Shown here: piece by piece, positions 1-8,174 of the stretch
How positions within the stretch are numbered: position 1 is the first letter of the stretch
How the letters are laid out: each line of letters starts with the position of its first letter
Source: an uncultured delta proteobacterium
GTDB lineage: Bacteria > Myxococcota_A > Polyangia > Fen-1088
Assembly: GCA_963755125.1 (NCBI GenBank)
Contig: CAVWIP010000015.1
Location: 64,001 to 128,000, forward strand
Reading direction: 5' to 3'
DNA: 64,000 nt
The notes under the pieces: generated by a model
The model's database searches: none
Told to the model about the DNA's origin: nothing
What the model saw: only the letters and a program-made list of their open reading frames with translations
Made by a program: the position numbers and the translations under genes

Positions 1-495
1 CTCTGCATGCTCGGCGACCATGCCAGGCACGGCGCGTGCCACGGCCTCGGACATCCGTTGCATGGCGGGGAAGAGCAACTCCTCCTCGGCGGCCATGTGA
101 CGGCTGAGTGCCTCGATCAATTTCGCAAGATGCCAGTCGGCCTCGGCCAGTGCGCCGATCCGCAGGGAGTGCTGGATCTCGTTCAGCAGGCCGTCGATGC
201 GGGCATGGTCGGCCCTCAGGTGTTCCGCCAGGGTGAGTTGCTGTCCCGGGCGGCGCAGTTGTAGTTCGGCACGAAACAGGTCAGCCGCCAGCGGCGAGAT
301 GGCGCAATCCACTTCGCCCTGGTGCATCTGGCGGAAAGTGGTGAGGGTGGGTCTCGGATCTCGGTCGGTGACCAGAACCACGCGGCGTCCGCTGCGCAGT
401 TCCTCCAAGGCGCGGGCCAGCGCCACGCGGCGGTCATCCAAAGACAATCCGCGAACGTCGACCTGAAGGGGCTCGGCGCTGCCTGGTGCGGGCAT
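1..495 (-). CDS. DUF2249-like + hemerythrin-like (HHE) domain protein, 3' end runs off window
   Basis: Manual translation (not in ORF track): MPAPGSAEPLQVDVRGL...DRDPRP...EHLRADHARIDGLL...RHMAAEEELLFPAM...MVAEHAE. The DH..ID, H...EE..LFP and EH motifs fit a hemerythrin-like domain. AGGTGG lies upstream of the ATG. Confidence 0.8.
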   Translation of the reverse strand, partial: MPAPGSAEPLQVDVRGLSLDDRRVALARALEELRSGRRVVLVTDRDPRPTLTTFRQMHQGEVDCAISPLAADLFRAELQLRRPGQQLTLAEHLRADHARIDGLLNEIQHSLRIGALAEADWHLAKLIEALSRHMAAEEELLFPAMQRMSEAVARAVPGMVAEHAE

Positions 496-595
496 ACAGT
501 TCCACCTACATCGACTTGCGACGACTGACAAGTGACAGCGAGATAAGCCGTCACGGCAAGGCGTTTGGGTTACGATCTATGATGGAAAGGTGATT

Positions 596-1192
596 ATGGA
601 TTCGCGCAAGCCAGCCTCCCCAGCCGACGCGCCCCCGCCAGCCGCTCGAAACCGGCAAGCGGCCGAGGAAGAAGAGCGTCGGCTCTTTGAAGCCGCGATG
701 CAAGGGGTGCGGCCCTTGCCGCTCGGGCCCCGGCGCGCAGTGCCCGACTGGGAAGCGGAGCCGCCTGCGCCGACGGCGAAGCAGCGCCCCCGGCGGCTGC
801 GGGAAGCGCTGCATGTGGAAGAGGACGGCGAAAGATTGACCGGTGCGGCCTTCGGCGTGGCCCACGACCTGGTCCGCTCGCTCGCGCGCGGTGAGATCGT
901 GCCCGAGGCCGAATTGGATTTGCACCATCTGACAGCCGATGTGGCCGCCCACCAGGCCGAGCGTTTCATCGAGCAGGCGGTGGCAAAGGGTCGGCGTTGC
1001 GTGCTGCTAATTCACGGCCGTGGACTGCACTCCGGCCCGGGCGGGCCAGCCCTGCGACCGGCCCTGGTCGAGATCCTGTGCCGGCGGCCGCTGGCCGAGC
1101 AAGTGCTGGCTTTCACCTCGGCCCCGCCCCGTCACGGCGGCCCGGGCGCGCTGCTTCTGCTCTTGCGACGCCCTAGGCTGAACCATGCGTAG
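596..1192 (+). CDS. Smr/MutS2 domain protein (SmrA/SmrB-like nuclease)
   Basis: N-terminal LFEAAMQGVRPL, LDLHHL, LIHGRGLHS and C-terminal GGPGALLLLL motifs typical of stand-alone Smr proteins. Confidence 0.9.
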   Translation: MDSRKPASPADAPPPAARNRQAAEEEERRLFEAAMQGVRPLPLGPRRAVPDWEAEPPAPTAKQRPRRLREALHVEEDGERLTGAAFGVAHDLVRSLARGEIVPEAELDLHHLTADVAAHQAERFIEQAVAKGRRCVLLIHGRGLHSGPGGPALRPALVEILCRRPLAEQVLAFTSAPPRHGGPGALLLLLRRPRLNHA

Positions 1193-1353
1193 GACAGAAG
1201 TTAGCCGTTTCACCACAGAGAGATCAGGGGGTACAGAGCCGGATCGGCTGCGGGCCGGTTCTCGTCGCTGAAGTGGGCCACTGGAGGACCCGACACCAGC
1301 AAAGGAGTTCCCATGGAAGACATTGAGACGACGTCGGGATGGGATTCAATCTT

Positions 1354-2496
1354 CTACACCGCTCGCGCGATTTCTGCGATCTCCTGGTCCGACAGCCACT
1401 TCTTGCGGTCGCATGCGGCGATCACCCGGTGATACACGGTTTCTACCTGCTGCACGTTCAGCTCGAAACCCAGGTGCCGGCATCGGTCGACCACGGCGTG
1501 GCGTCCGCTGTGTTTGCCCACCACGAGTTGGCTTGAGGGTACGCCCACCGTGTTGGGATGCATGATTTCGTAGGTCGTCCGCTCTTTCAGGAAGCCGTCT
1601 TGATGAATTCCCGCTTCGTGGGCAAAGGCATTGCGGCCCACGATGGCCTTGTTGGGCTGGACACCCACGCCAATGATCTCGGTGAGCAGTTGGCTGGCCG
1701 GGAAGAGCTGCGCTGTCACGATGCCGGTATCGAACGGCAAGACGTCTTGGCGCACCTTGAGCGCCATCACGAACTCCTCCAGCGAGCAGTTGCCCGCCCG
1801 CTCGCCGATGCCGTTGATGGTGCACTCCACCTGGCGCACGCCCGCCTGCACAGCCGCGATAGAGTTGGCGGTCGACAATCCCAAGTCATCGTGGCAATGG
1901 ACGCTGACCACCGCTCGCCCGGCCAGGGCCTGCACCACCTGGCCGACCAGTTGCCCGTATTCGGCCGGAATCGAATATCCGACGGTGTCAGGCAGGTTCA
2001 CGATACGGGCGCCCGCTTCGACCACGGCCTTGGAAAAGGCGATCAGGCTTGCGGCCGAGGTGCGCGTAGCGTCTTCCGCCGAGAACTCCACCTCGTCGAC
2101 ATACCGGCGCGCCAACTGCACGGAGTTGACGGCGATCTCCAGCGCCTGCTCCTCGGTCTTCTTCAGCTTGTGCTGCAGATGCAGGGGGCTGGTAGCGATG
2201 AAGGTGTGAATGCGGGGTCGCTTGGCTTTCTCCAGCGCCTTAGCTGCGCGCTCGATGTCGCCGGTGTGGCAGCGGGCCAGGGCGGCGACCGTGAAACCGC
2301 CGAACTCCTGCCCGATCCGGTCGACCGCCTCGAAGTCGCCTTCCGAGGCCATGGGGAAGCCGGCCTCCAGCACATCGACATTCAGTTCCACCAGCTTGCG
2401 GGCCAGGCGCATCTTTTCTGCGACGGTCATGCTGCAGCCACAGGACTGCTCGCCGTCGCGCAGGGTGGTGTCGAAGATGAAGACGCGGTCGCTCAT
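1354..2496 (-). CDS. leuA: 2-isopropylmalate synthase, short form lacking the C-terminal regulatory domain
   Basis: DTTLRDGEQS, HCHDDLG, NGIGERAGN, AHEAGIHQDG and GKHSGRHA motifs; ends at 380 aa. Confidence 0.85.
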   Translation of the reverse strand: MSDRVFIFDTTLRDGEQSCGCSMTVAEKMRLARKLVELNVDVLEAGFPMASEGDFEAVDRIGQEFGGFTVAALARCHTGDIERAAKALEKAKRPRIHTFIATSPLHLQHKLKKTEEQALEIAVNSVQLARRYVDEVEFSAEDATRTSAASLIAFSKAVVEAGARIVNLPDTVGYSIPAEYGQLVGQVVQALAGRAVVSVHCHDDLGLSTANSIAAVQAGVRQVECTINGIGERAGNCSLEEFVMALKVRQDVLPFDTGIVTAQLFPASQLLTEIIGVGVQPNKAIVGRNAFAHEAGIHQDGFLKERTTYEIMHPNTVGVPSSQLVVGKHSGRHAVVDRCRHLGFELNVQQVETVYHRVIAACDRKKWLSDQEIAEIARAV

Positions 2497-2562
2497 GGGG
2501 TGGATTCCTTTCAGGTGGACGCACTCTAGCGATTTGGCCACATGCTGGCGAATTGATTCTTC

Positions 2563-2591
2563 TGTCAATTGACATCAATGTGATTTATAGT
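2563..2591. promoter_or_regulatory. Divergent leuA/LysR control region with LysR-type T-N11-A box
   Basis: AT-rich island. ATC-N9-TAT at 2574-2588 (T2575-N11-A2587), palindrome TGTCAATTGACA at 2563-2574, and a TATAGT -10-like hexamer. Confidence 0.5.
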
Positions 2592-2608
2592 GGACAGAAG
2601 AGGGCGGC

Positions 2609-3475
2609 ATGGACTTGCACACCCTAGAAATTTTCCGCGCGGTCGCGAGCGAGAGAAGCTTCTCGCGCGCGGCGGCTCGGCTGGCGCGCACCCAGCCCGC
2701 GGTTTCCATGGCCGTGCAGCGCCTGGAAGCCGAAGTGGGCGAGCCGCTCATCGATCGCGCGGGGAAACAACCACGCCTGACCGACGCTGGCCAGGTGCTG
2801 GTCGACTACGCCCGGCGCTTCGACAACCTGCGCGCCGAGCTTGCCGTAGCCCTGGCCGAGTTGCGCGACCACGGCGCCGGGCGGCTGTCCATAGGCGCCA
2901 ACGAATCGACGACCTCGTATCTGCTGCCGCTCATCGCGCGCTACCGCAAGCTATATCCGCGCGTGAAGGTGCAGGTCCGGCGCAGCCAGTCGAGCCGGAT
3001 CCCCGTCGAGATCCTGGAGGGTGACTTGGAGATGGGCGTGATCGGCTACGAGCCCCAGGACGAGCGCTTGGTCGCGCGCACCATCTACACCGATCACCTG
3101 GCCTGCGTGGTCTCGCCCCAGCACCGCTTTGCGCGGCGGCGATCGGTTTCCATTGCCGAGCTGGGTGCCGAGACATTTATCGCTCACAACGAGATGTCGC
3201 CCTACAAAGAGGTCGTGCTACGCCAGTTCGAGCGTCTCAAGGTCCCGTTGCGACAGGACGTGGAGATGCCCACGGTGGAGGCCATCCGCAAGATGGTCCA
3301 GCGCAACCAGGGCGTGGCTTTTCTGCCCCGCATGTGCGTCGAGGAGGAGATCGCCCAGGGTACGCTGCGGGAAGTGCAGGTGATCGACCTGCAGACCGAG
3401 CGGAAGATCCGACTGGTGTATCCCGCCGGCCGCACCCTCAGCCACGCCGGCCGGGCCTTCCTCGATCTGCTGTAG
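2609..3475 (+). CDS. LysR family transcriptional regulator
   Basis: N-terminal HTH SFSRAAARLARTQPAVS...LE...LIDR; 288 aa; divergent from leuA. Confidence 0.95.
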   Translation: MDLHTLEIFRAVASERSFSRAAARLARTQPAVSMAVQRLEAEVGEPLIDRAGKQPRLTDAGQVLVDYARRFDNLRAELAVALAELRDHGAGRLSIGANESTTSYLLPLIARYRKLYPRVKVQVRRSQSSRIPVEILEGDLEMGVIGYEPQDERLVARTIYTDHLACVVSPQHRFARRRSVSIAELGAETFIAHNEMSPYKEVVLRQFERLKVPLRQDVEMPTVEAIRKMVQRNQGVAFLPRMCVEEEIAQGTLREVQVIDLQTERKIRLVYPAGRTLSHAGRAFLDLL

Positions 3476-4852
3476 CTACCCGTCTTCCCCGTCATCCTCG
3501 CTGCCCGCCGCCACACCGGCACGTTCCAGCGCCCGGTACAGCGTGCGGCGGTCAATGCCCAGACGCTCTGCCGCCTTCTTCTTGTTGCCGCCACATTCGC
3601 CCAGGACGAGCGCGATATAGCGCTTCTCCAGCTCCGACAGGGTCGGGCGATCATCGAAAATTCCCGTCGGTGCGGCCGGTGAGCCACCATAGACCTCGAC
3701 GGGAAGATCGGAGGGCAACACCACGTTTCCCTTGGCCACCGCAACCGCGCGCTCGATGGCGTTTTCCAGTTCGCGCACGTTTCCAGGCCAGACGTGGCGA
3801 CACAGAACCTCCAGCGCCTCGGGCGACACGCTCGCCTCGGGGCGACCCTCGCGGCGCGCGATCTTGGCCAGGAAGTGGCGCACCAAAATGGGGATGTCGC
3901 CGGCGCGGTCACGCAAGGGAGGCATGCGCACGGTGACCACGTTGATGCGGAAATAGAGATCTTCGCGGAAGCGGCCCGTCTTGACGTCCGCTTCCAGATC
4001 GCGGTTGGTGGCGCACACCAGGCGCACGTCGACCTTGATTGACTCGGTGCCGCCCACCGGCCTCACCTCGCCGTCCTGCAGAACTCGCAGTAGCTGAGCC
4101 TGCATCTTGGGGCCCATGTCGCCAATCTCGTCGAGAAACAGCGTGCCGTCGTTGGCCATCTCGAACAGGCCACGCTTGGCGGCCACCGCGCCGGTGAAGG
4201 CGCCCCGGGCGTGGCCGAACAGCTCGGATTCGAGGAGCGATTCGGAGAGTGCCGTGCAGTTCACCGGTACGAACGCTTTGCCAGCGCGGGGCGAGCGGCT
4301 GTGGATGGCGCGCGCCACCAGTTCCTTGCCGGTGCCCGATTCCCCCACCACGAGAACGGTGGCGGTCGTGGGGGCCACCCGTGCGACCAGCTTGTAGACA
4401 TCGAGCATGCGCGGGCTCTTGCCTTCGATCTCGGCCACCTGCGCCCGCTGTGCCGCCGTCTTGGGCGTGGCACCCGCCTCGGCGGACAGGCGCCTGCGCT
4501 CCAGCGCGCGCCCCACGGTCTGGCGCAGCTCTTCGACATTGAAAGGCTTGGAGACATAGTCATAGGCGCCGTGTCCGATGGCTTCCATGGCGCCGGTGAC
4601 GTCGCCGAATGCGGTGATGAGGATGACGGGCGTGCCTGGGGCCTTCTCGGAGAAGGCACGCAGCACGTCCATGCCGCCCACCCGTTCCATGCGGATGTCA
4701 GAAACCACGAGATCATAGCGCCCGGACGCCGCCCGTTCGACGGCGGGCGCGCCGTCGTCCACGGCGTCGACCTCGAAGCCTTCGGCACTCAAGATCTCGC
4801 GCAGAAGGTCGCGCGCGACGGCGTCGTCCTCGACGACCAGAACCTTGGTCAT
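3476..4852 (-). CDS. Sigma-54-dependent response regulator (NtrC/AtoC/ZraR family: REC-AAA+-Fis HTH)
   Basis: VVEDD/SDIRM receiver, GESGTGKE Walker A, ESELFGH..GAFTGA, LFLDEIG, WPGNVREL, HTH AAERLGIDRRTLYR. Confidence 0.97.
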   Translation of the reverse strand: MTKVLVVEDDAVARDLLREILSAEGFEVDAVDDGAPAVERAASGRYDLVVSDIRMERVGGMDVLRAFSEKAPGTPVILITAFGDVTGAMEAIGHGAYDYVSKPFNVEELRQTVGRALERRRLSAEAGATPKTAAQRAQVAEIEGKSPRMLDVYKLVARVAPTTATVLVVGESGTGKELVARAIHSRSPRAGKAFVPVNCTALSESLLESELFGHARGAFTGAVAAKRGLFEMANDGTLFLDEIGDMGPKMQAQLLRVLQDGEVRPVGGTESIKVDVRLVCATNRDLEADVKTGRFREDLYFRINVVTVRMPPLRDRAGDIPILVRHFLAKIARREGRPEASVSPEALEVLCRHVWPGNVRELENAIERAVAVAKGNVVLPSDLPVEVYGGSPAAPTGIFDDRPTLSELEKRYIALVLGECGGNKKKAAERLGIDRRTLYRALERAGVAAGSEDDGEDG

Positions 4853-6402
4853 GCTGCTCCTCCGGCCGCGGCCCGCGGGGATGCTGGTTCGGCCTGCGCG
4901 TTCCGGGGCAAGCGCAGGGTGAAAGCCGAGCCTCGGCCGGGTGTGCTTTCTACGGCGATCGTGCCGCCCAGCGCCTTGGCCAATTCGCGGCAGATGGCCA
5001 GGCCCAGCCCGGTGCCCTTGCCTCGACCCTTGGTGGTGTAGAACGGCTCGAAGATTCGCCGCAGATCTTCCGGTGCGATGCCGGTTCCCGTGTCGCGCAC
5101 CGTGATGACCACGTGGTCATCCTGCGACTGCGACGTCAGCCCGACGAGGCCTCCCTGTTCCACGGCATCCAGGGCGTTGGAGAGCAGGTTGATCACGATC
5201 TGTCGTAACAGGCCTGGGTCGGTGATGAAGTTAGTCGGATCTTCGGGCACCTCCACGTTCAGAGTCTTATTGCTCCCCAACTCGCCTCCGCGGGTGATCT
5301 CGACCGCCTCGCTGAGAACCTGGCGCAATGAAACCAGCTTGCGTTCCGCCTCGAGGGAGCGCGTGGAGTCGAGGTAGTCGCGCACGATGCGGCCAATGCG
5401 GGCGATCTCGCGCGTGGACACGTCCAAGCGTTCGCGCAGGCTGGGCGACAGATCACGCTGCGACAAGGCGAGTTGAAGATGGCCGGACACCGATGACAGC
5501 GGAGTACCGATCTCATGGGCAAGCTGCGCGGCCAACTGGCCGAGAGTGGCCATGCGCACCTTCGAGGCGTTTTCCCGGCGCAACTCGTTCAGCAGGCGGT
5601 TAAGTTGTTCGAGGGCCATGTTCTTGCGTGACAGATCCTGCGTGGCTATCTCGATCTCGCGTGCGAGGCGCTGGTTGAAGGCGTGGATCTCGCGGTTCGC
5701 GGTGGAAAGCTGCTCCAGCATCCGGTTGAAACCGTATGACAGACGCCCCACCTCGTCCTTGGTATCCGACGGCACCCGCCGATCCATGTCACCGGCTTCG
5801 ACGTCACGCATGGCACGCGCCAAGATATCGAGCCGCCGCAAGACCACACGGTCAATGATGAAGCCAGACAGGAAAACCAGCACCATGAGCTGGCCAAGGC
5901 CCAACAGCAGTGACCAGCGTTCCGTCACTTTGATGACCGATTGCACTGGGCCCAGGCTCCAGTTCATGCTGAGCACGGCGATCCAGGGTCCCTTGAGGTC
6001 GACGGTTCTGCTGATCACTTGGATGTCGTCACCTTCGGTGGCCTTGCGGGTGTAGATAATGGGTTCGCGGGGGATCGAGCCGAGGCGAGTGATCTCCGTG
6101 GCCTCGCCACGCTGGGCGAAGATGCGGGTCGCACTTTCGCGTTCGATGACCAGTTGCAGACGCTGGATGCGCGGATGCCGGTTGATGTAGTTCGACAGCG
6201 CGATGGCCAGATCGCGGTCCTCGGCGTCGGCGTCGAAACGTTCCAGGGTCTGCCGGATGTCGTCCGCGATCTCGTCCGCCGACGCAAGCGCCTGCCGGAT
6301 CAGTTCGCGGCGCATGGCGTAGATGCGCAGCCAAAAGGTCGCGCCGGCGGTCACGAGCACACTGACCGCGACGAGCAGCCAAACCTTGGTTCGGATCGTC
6401 AC
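4849..6402 (-). CDS. HAMP-domain sensor histidine kinase
   Basis: Two TM helices, HAMP, H-box AHEIGTPL, NLLSNA, DTGTGI, FEPFYTTK, GTGLGL; 4-bp overlap with the response regulator. Confidence 0.95.
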   Translation of the reverse strand: MTIRTKVWLLVAVSVLVTAGATFWLRIYAMRRELIRQALASADEIADDIRQTLERFDADAEDRDLAIALSNYINRHPRIQRLQLVIERESATRIFAQRGEATEITRLGSIPREPIIYTRKATEGDDIQVISRTVDLKGPWIAVLSMNWSLGPVQSVIKVTERWSLLLGLGQLMVLVFLSGFIIDRVVLRRLDILARAMRDVEAGDMDRRVPSDTKDEVGRLSYGFNRMLEQLSTANREIHAFNQRLAREIEIATQDLSRKNMALEQLNRLLNELRRENASKVRMATLGQLAAQLAHEIGTPLSSVSGHLQLALSQRDLSPSLRERLDVSTREIARIGRIVRDYLDSTRSLEAERKLVSLRQVLSEAVEITRGGELGSNKTLNVEVPEDPTNFITDPGLLRQIVINLLSNALDAVEQGGLVGLTSQSQDDHVVITVRDTGTGIAPEDLRRIFEPFYTTKGRGKGTGLGLAICRELAKALGGTIAVESTPGRGSAFTLRLPRNAQAEPASPRAAAGGAA

Positions 6403-6468
6403 GCGCGAATCCTAAGTGCAAATCCGTGGGCGAGAGCGCCCGCTGACACGAGAATAGCAGCCGACAAC

Positions 6469-6501
6469 AAAAAACCCCCGGGGATTATCCCGGGGGTCTT
6501 T
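6469..6501 (-). terminator. Intrinsic terminator of the small secreted protein gene
   Basis: Stem ACCCCCGGG/CCCGGGGGT (6474-6497) followed on the minus strand by TTTTTT. Confidence 0.8.
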
Positions 6502-6525
6502 GCGAAGAAGCAGCGTCGAAGCTTG

Positions 6526-6711
6526 TTACTTCGCCTCTTCCTTGGTCTCGTCGCCCTTCTTCTCCTTCTTGCCCTTCTTGCCCTTCTTGCCCTTGGCGGG
6601 CTTGGCGGTATCACCAGCGGCGGCCGGCTCATCGGCTGCGGAGGCGAGGGTCGTGGTGGCCGTCGGAATAACGAACGCGAGTGCGAGGAGGATAACGCGG
6701 GTCAGCTTCAT
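6526..6711 (-). CDS. Small secreted Lys/Glu-rich protein (61 aa)
   Basis: Strong RBS (AAGGAGA), Sec signal peptide ending ASA, mature part with KGKKGKKGKKEKK, high-GC3 codon usage, own terminator. Confidence 0.85.
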   Translation of the reverse strand: MKLTRVILLALAFVIPTATTTLASAADEPAAAGDTAKPAKGKKGKKGKKEKKGDETKEEAK

Positions 6712-6771
6712 AGTGATCTCCTTATCATCTTCTGTTTTCTGGCCTTGGGGCCGGGAATGAACGTCGGACCT

Positions 6772-6787
6772 TGCAGCCCATGTGCCA
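6772..6787 (-). promoter_or_regulatory. Sigma-54 (-24/-12) promoter
   Basis: Minus strand TGGCAC-ATGGG-CTGCA, i.e. GG-N10-GC, close to consensus TGGCAC-N5-TTGCW; about 60 bp upstream of the 61-aa gene. Confidence 0.75.
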
Positions 6788-6860
6788 CGGCGTGCGTATC
6801 TGCAGAACGTAAAGATTTTAAGCAGTTAGGAGCTTTCCTGGGAAGAATAGCCGAACCAAA

Positions 6861-6910
6861 GTGAGGCGATTTTGTTTGCGCAAGACCGACCATGTGGCGA
6901 TGTGCCGCAT
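6861..6910. promoter_or_regulatory. Putative tandem enhancer (bEBP-binding) sites
   Basis: TG.GGCGAT.T repeated at 31-bp spacing (6861 and 6892); second copy is an imperfect palindrome ATGTGGCG-atg-TGCCGCAT. Confidence 0.45.
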
Positions 6911-6929
6911 CGGTTGGAGACGCGGATCG

Positions 6930-7400
6930 CTATTTCTGGTCAGTCTGGGTGAGGATGGCGATGTTCTTCGCACCGGCTCTCTTGGCGATGGCCATGAGGT
7001 CCACTGCCTCGCCCAGGAACACGTTCTTGTCGCCGCGCAGGAGGAGGGTTTCCGAGCCCACGTCGTTGAGCGCCTTGCGGATCTCCTGTTCCAGGTTGGC
7101 CACATCGATCTTCTTGGAAAAGAGATAAATCTCGTTGTTCTTGGTCACGGTGAGGATGGGATCGGTGCGCTTCTTCGTCACCGCGCCGGCCGCGTTCGCC
7201 TTGGGCAGGGCAACCTTCACGCCCGTGCGCGAGGTGATTTCCGACTCGACGATGGCTGTGGACGTGACCATGAAGATAATGAGCAGGACCAAGAACACGT
7301 CGGTCAGCGGCGTGATGTTGATTTCCGCCACCACGGTCTCGCTCACATCGGCCTCGCTATCCGCCACGCTGGCGTCTTCTATTTGGATGTTCATCCCCAT
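6930..7400 (-). CDS. ExbD/TolR family biopolymer transport protein
   Basis: EINITPLTDVFLVLLIIFMV signature; LRGDKNV periplasmic domain. Confidence 0.93.
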   Translation of the reverse strand: MGMNIQIEDASVADSEADVSETVVAEINITPLTDVFLVLLIIFMVTSTAIVESEITSRTGVKVALPKANAAGAVTKKRTDPILTVTKNNEIYLFSKKIDVANLEQEIRKALNDVGSETLLLRGDKNVFLGEAVDLMAIAKRAGAKNIAILTQTDQK

Positions 7401-7409
7401 GGACGGGAT

Positions 7410-8102
7410 CTACGACGGCGAGGCATTCTTCTCTGGGGAAGGTGGAACTGTGCCGGTCACTGCGGGGGGCACCTCGTGGGCTTTCGCGTACTCGCCCAGC
7501 ACGAGGAGAAATTCTTCGCAGAAGACCTTGTATTCGATCGCGAGGGAACCCACCCGGGAGACGAAATAGTTGTAGGCAATGACGGCGTAGATGGCGACCA
7601 GGAGGCCGGCCGCCGTGGCCACCAGCGCGGCCGCGATTCCCTGTGAAACCACCTTGAACCCGCCGGTACCCGCCATCGACATTGACTGGAAGGCCTTGAG
7701 GATGCCCACCACCGTGCCGAACAGCCCCACGAAGGGCGCCGACGATCCCACGGTCCCGAGCGCCCATAGGTAGCGCTTGAACGACCCGATGGCGACCGTC
7801 CGCTGCGACATGACGGCCTCGGTGGTCTTGTGCGGTGTTTTCGCGAACACGCGCAGGCCGCGGCCAAAGACTTCGGCCAACGGATCGTTCGACGTCTCGC
7901 AGAAGGCGTGGGCCTTGGGCAGATCCCCGCTCTCGATGGCGCCGACCACGCGGTTCTTGAACACCTCGGACTTGGGCAGCACGTTCCACAACGCGTAGAC
8001 GCGCTCGCAGATGATAGTCAACCCGGCGACCGACCACAGCAGGAGGAGCGACAGGATCATCCACTCGTCGTGGATCAAATTAGAAATGGTTTCCCAGGTC
8101 AT
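7410..8102 (-). CDS. MotA/TolQ/ExbB proton channel family protein
   Basis: LGTVGSSAPFVGLFGTVVGI and GIAAALVATAAGLLVAI.A...YN motifs; start chosen at MTWETI. Confidence 0.93.
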   Translation of the reverse strand: MTWETISNLIHDEWMILSLLLLWSVAGLTIICERVYALWNVLPKSEVFKNRVVGAIESGDLPKAHAFCETSNDPLAEVFGRGLRVFAKTPHKTTEAVMSQRTVAIGSFKRYLWALGTVGSSAPFVGLFGTVVGILKAFQSMSMAGTGGFKVVSQGIAAALVATAAGLLVAIYAVIAYNYFVSRVGSLAIEYKVFCEEFLLVLGEYAKAHEVPPAVTGTVPPSPEKNASPS

Positions 8103-8174
8103 GGATGCGACCCCAAGCGTGCTCGGCGAAAGTCGCTTTGTCCAGTGTTCGTCCATATCGTCTACAATGCCCGC

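Noticed and set aside
1302..1432. AAGGAG-preceded short + strand ORF (MEDIETTSGWDS...) antisense to the leuA end
   Set aside because: About 39 codons, mostly overlapping leuA, with no recognisable features
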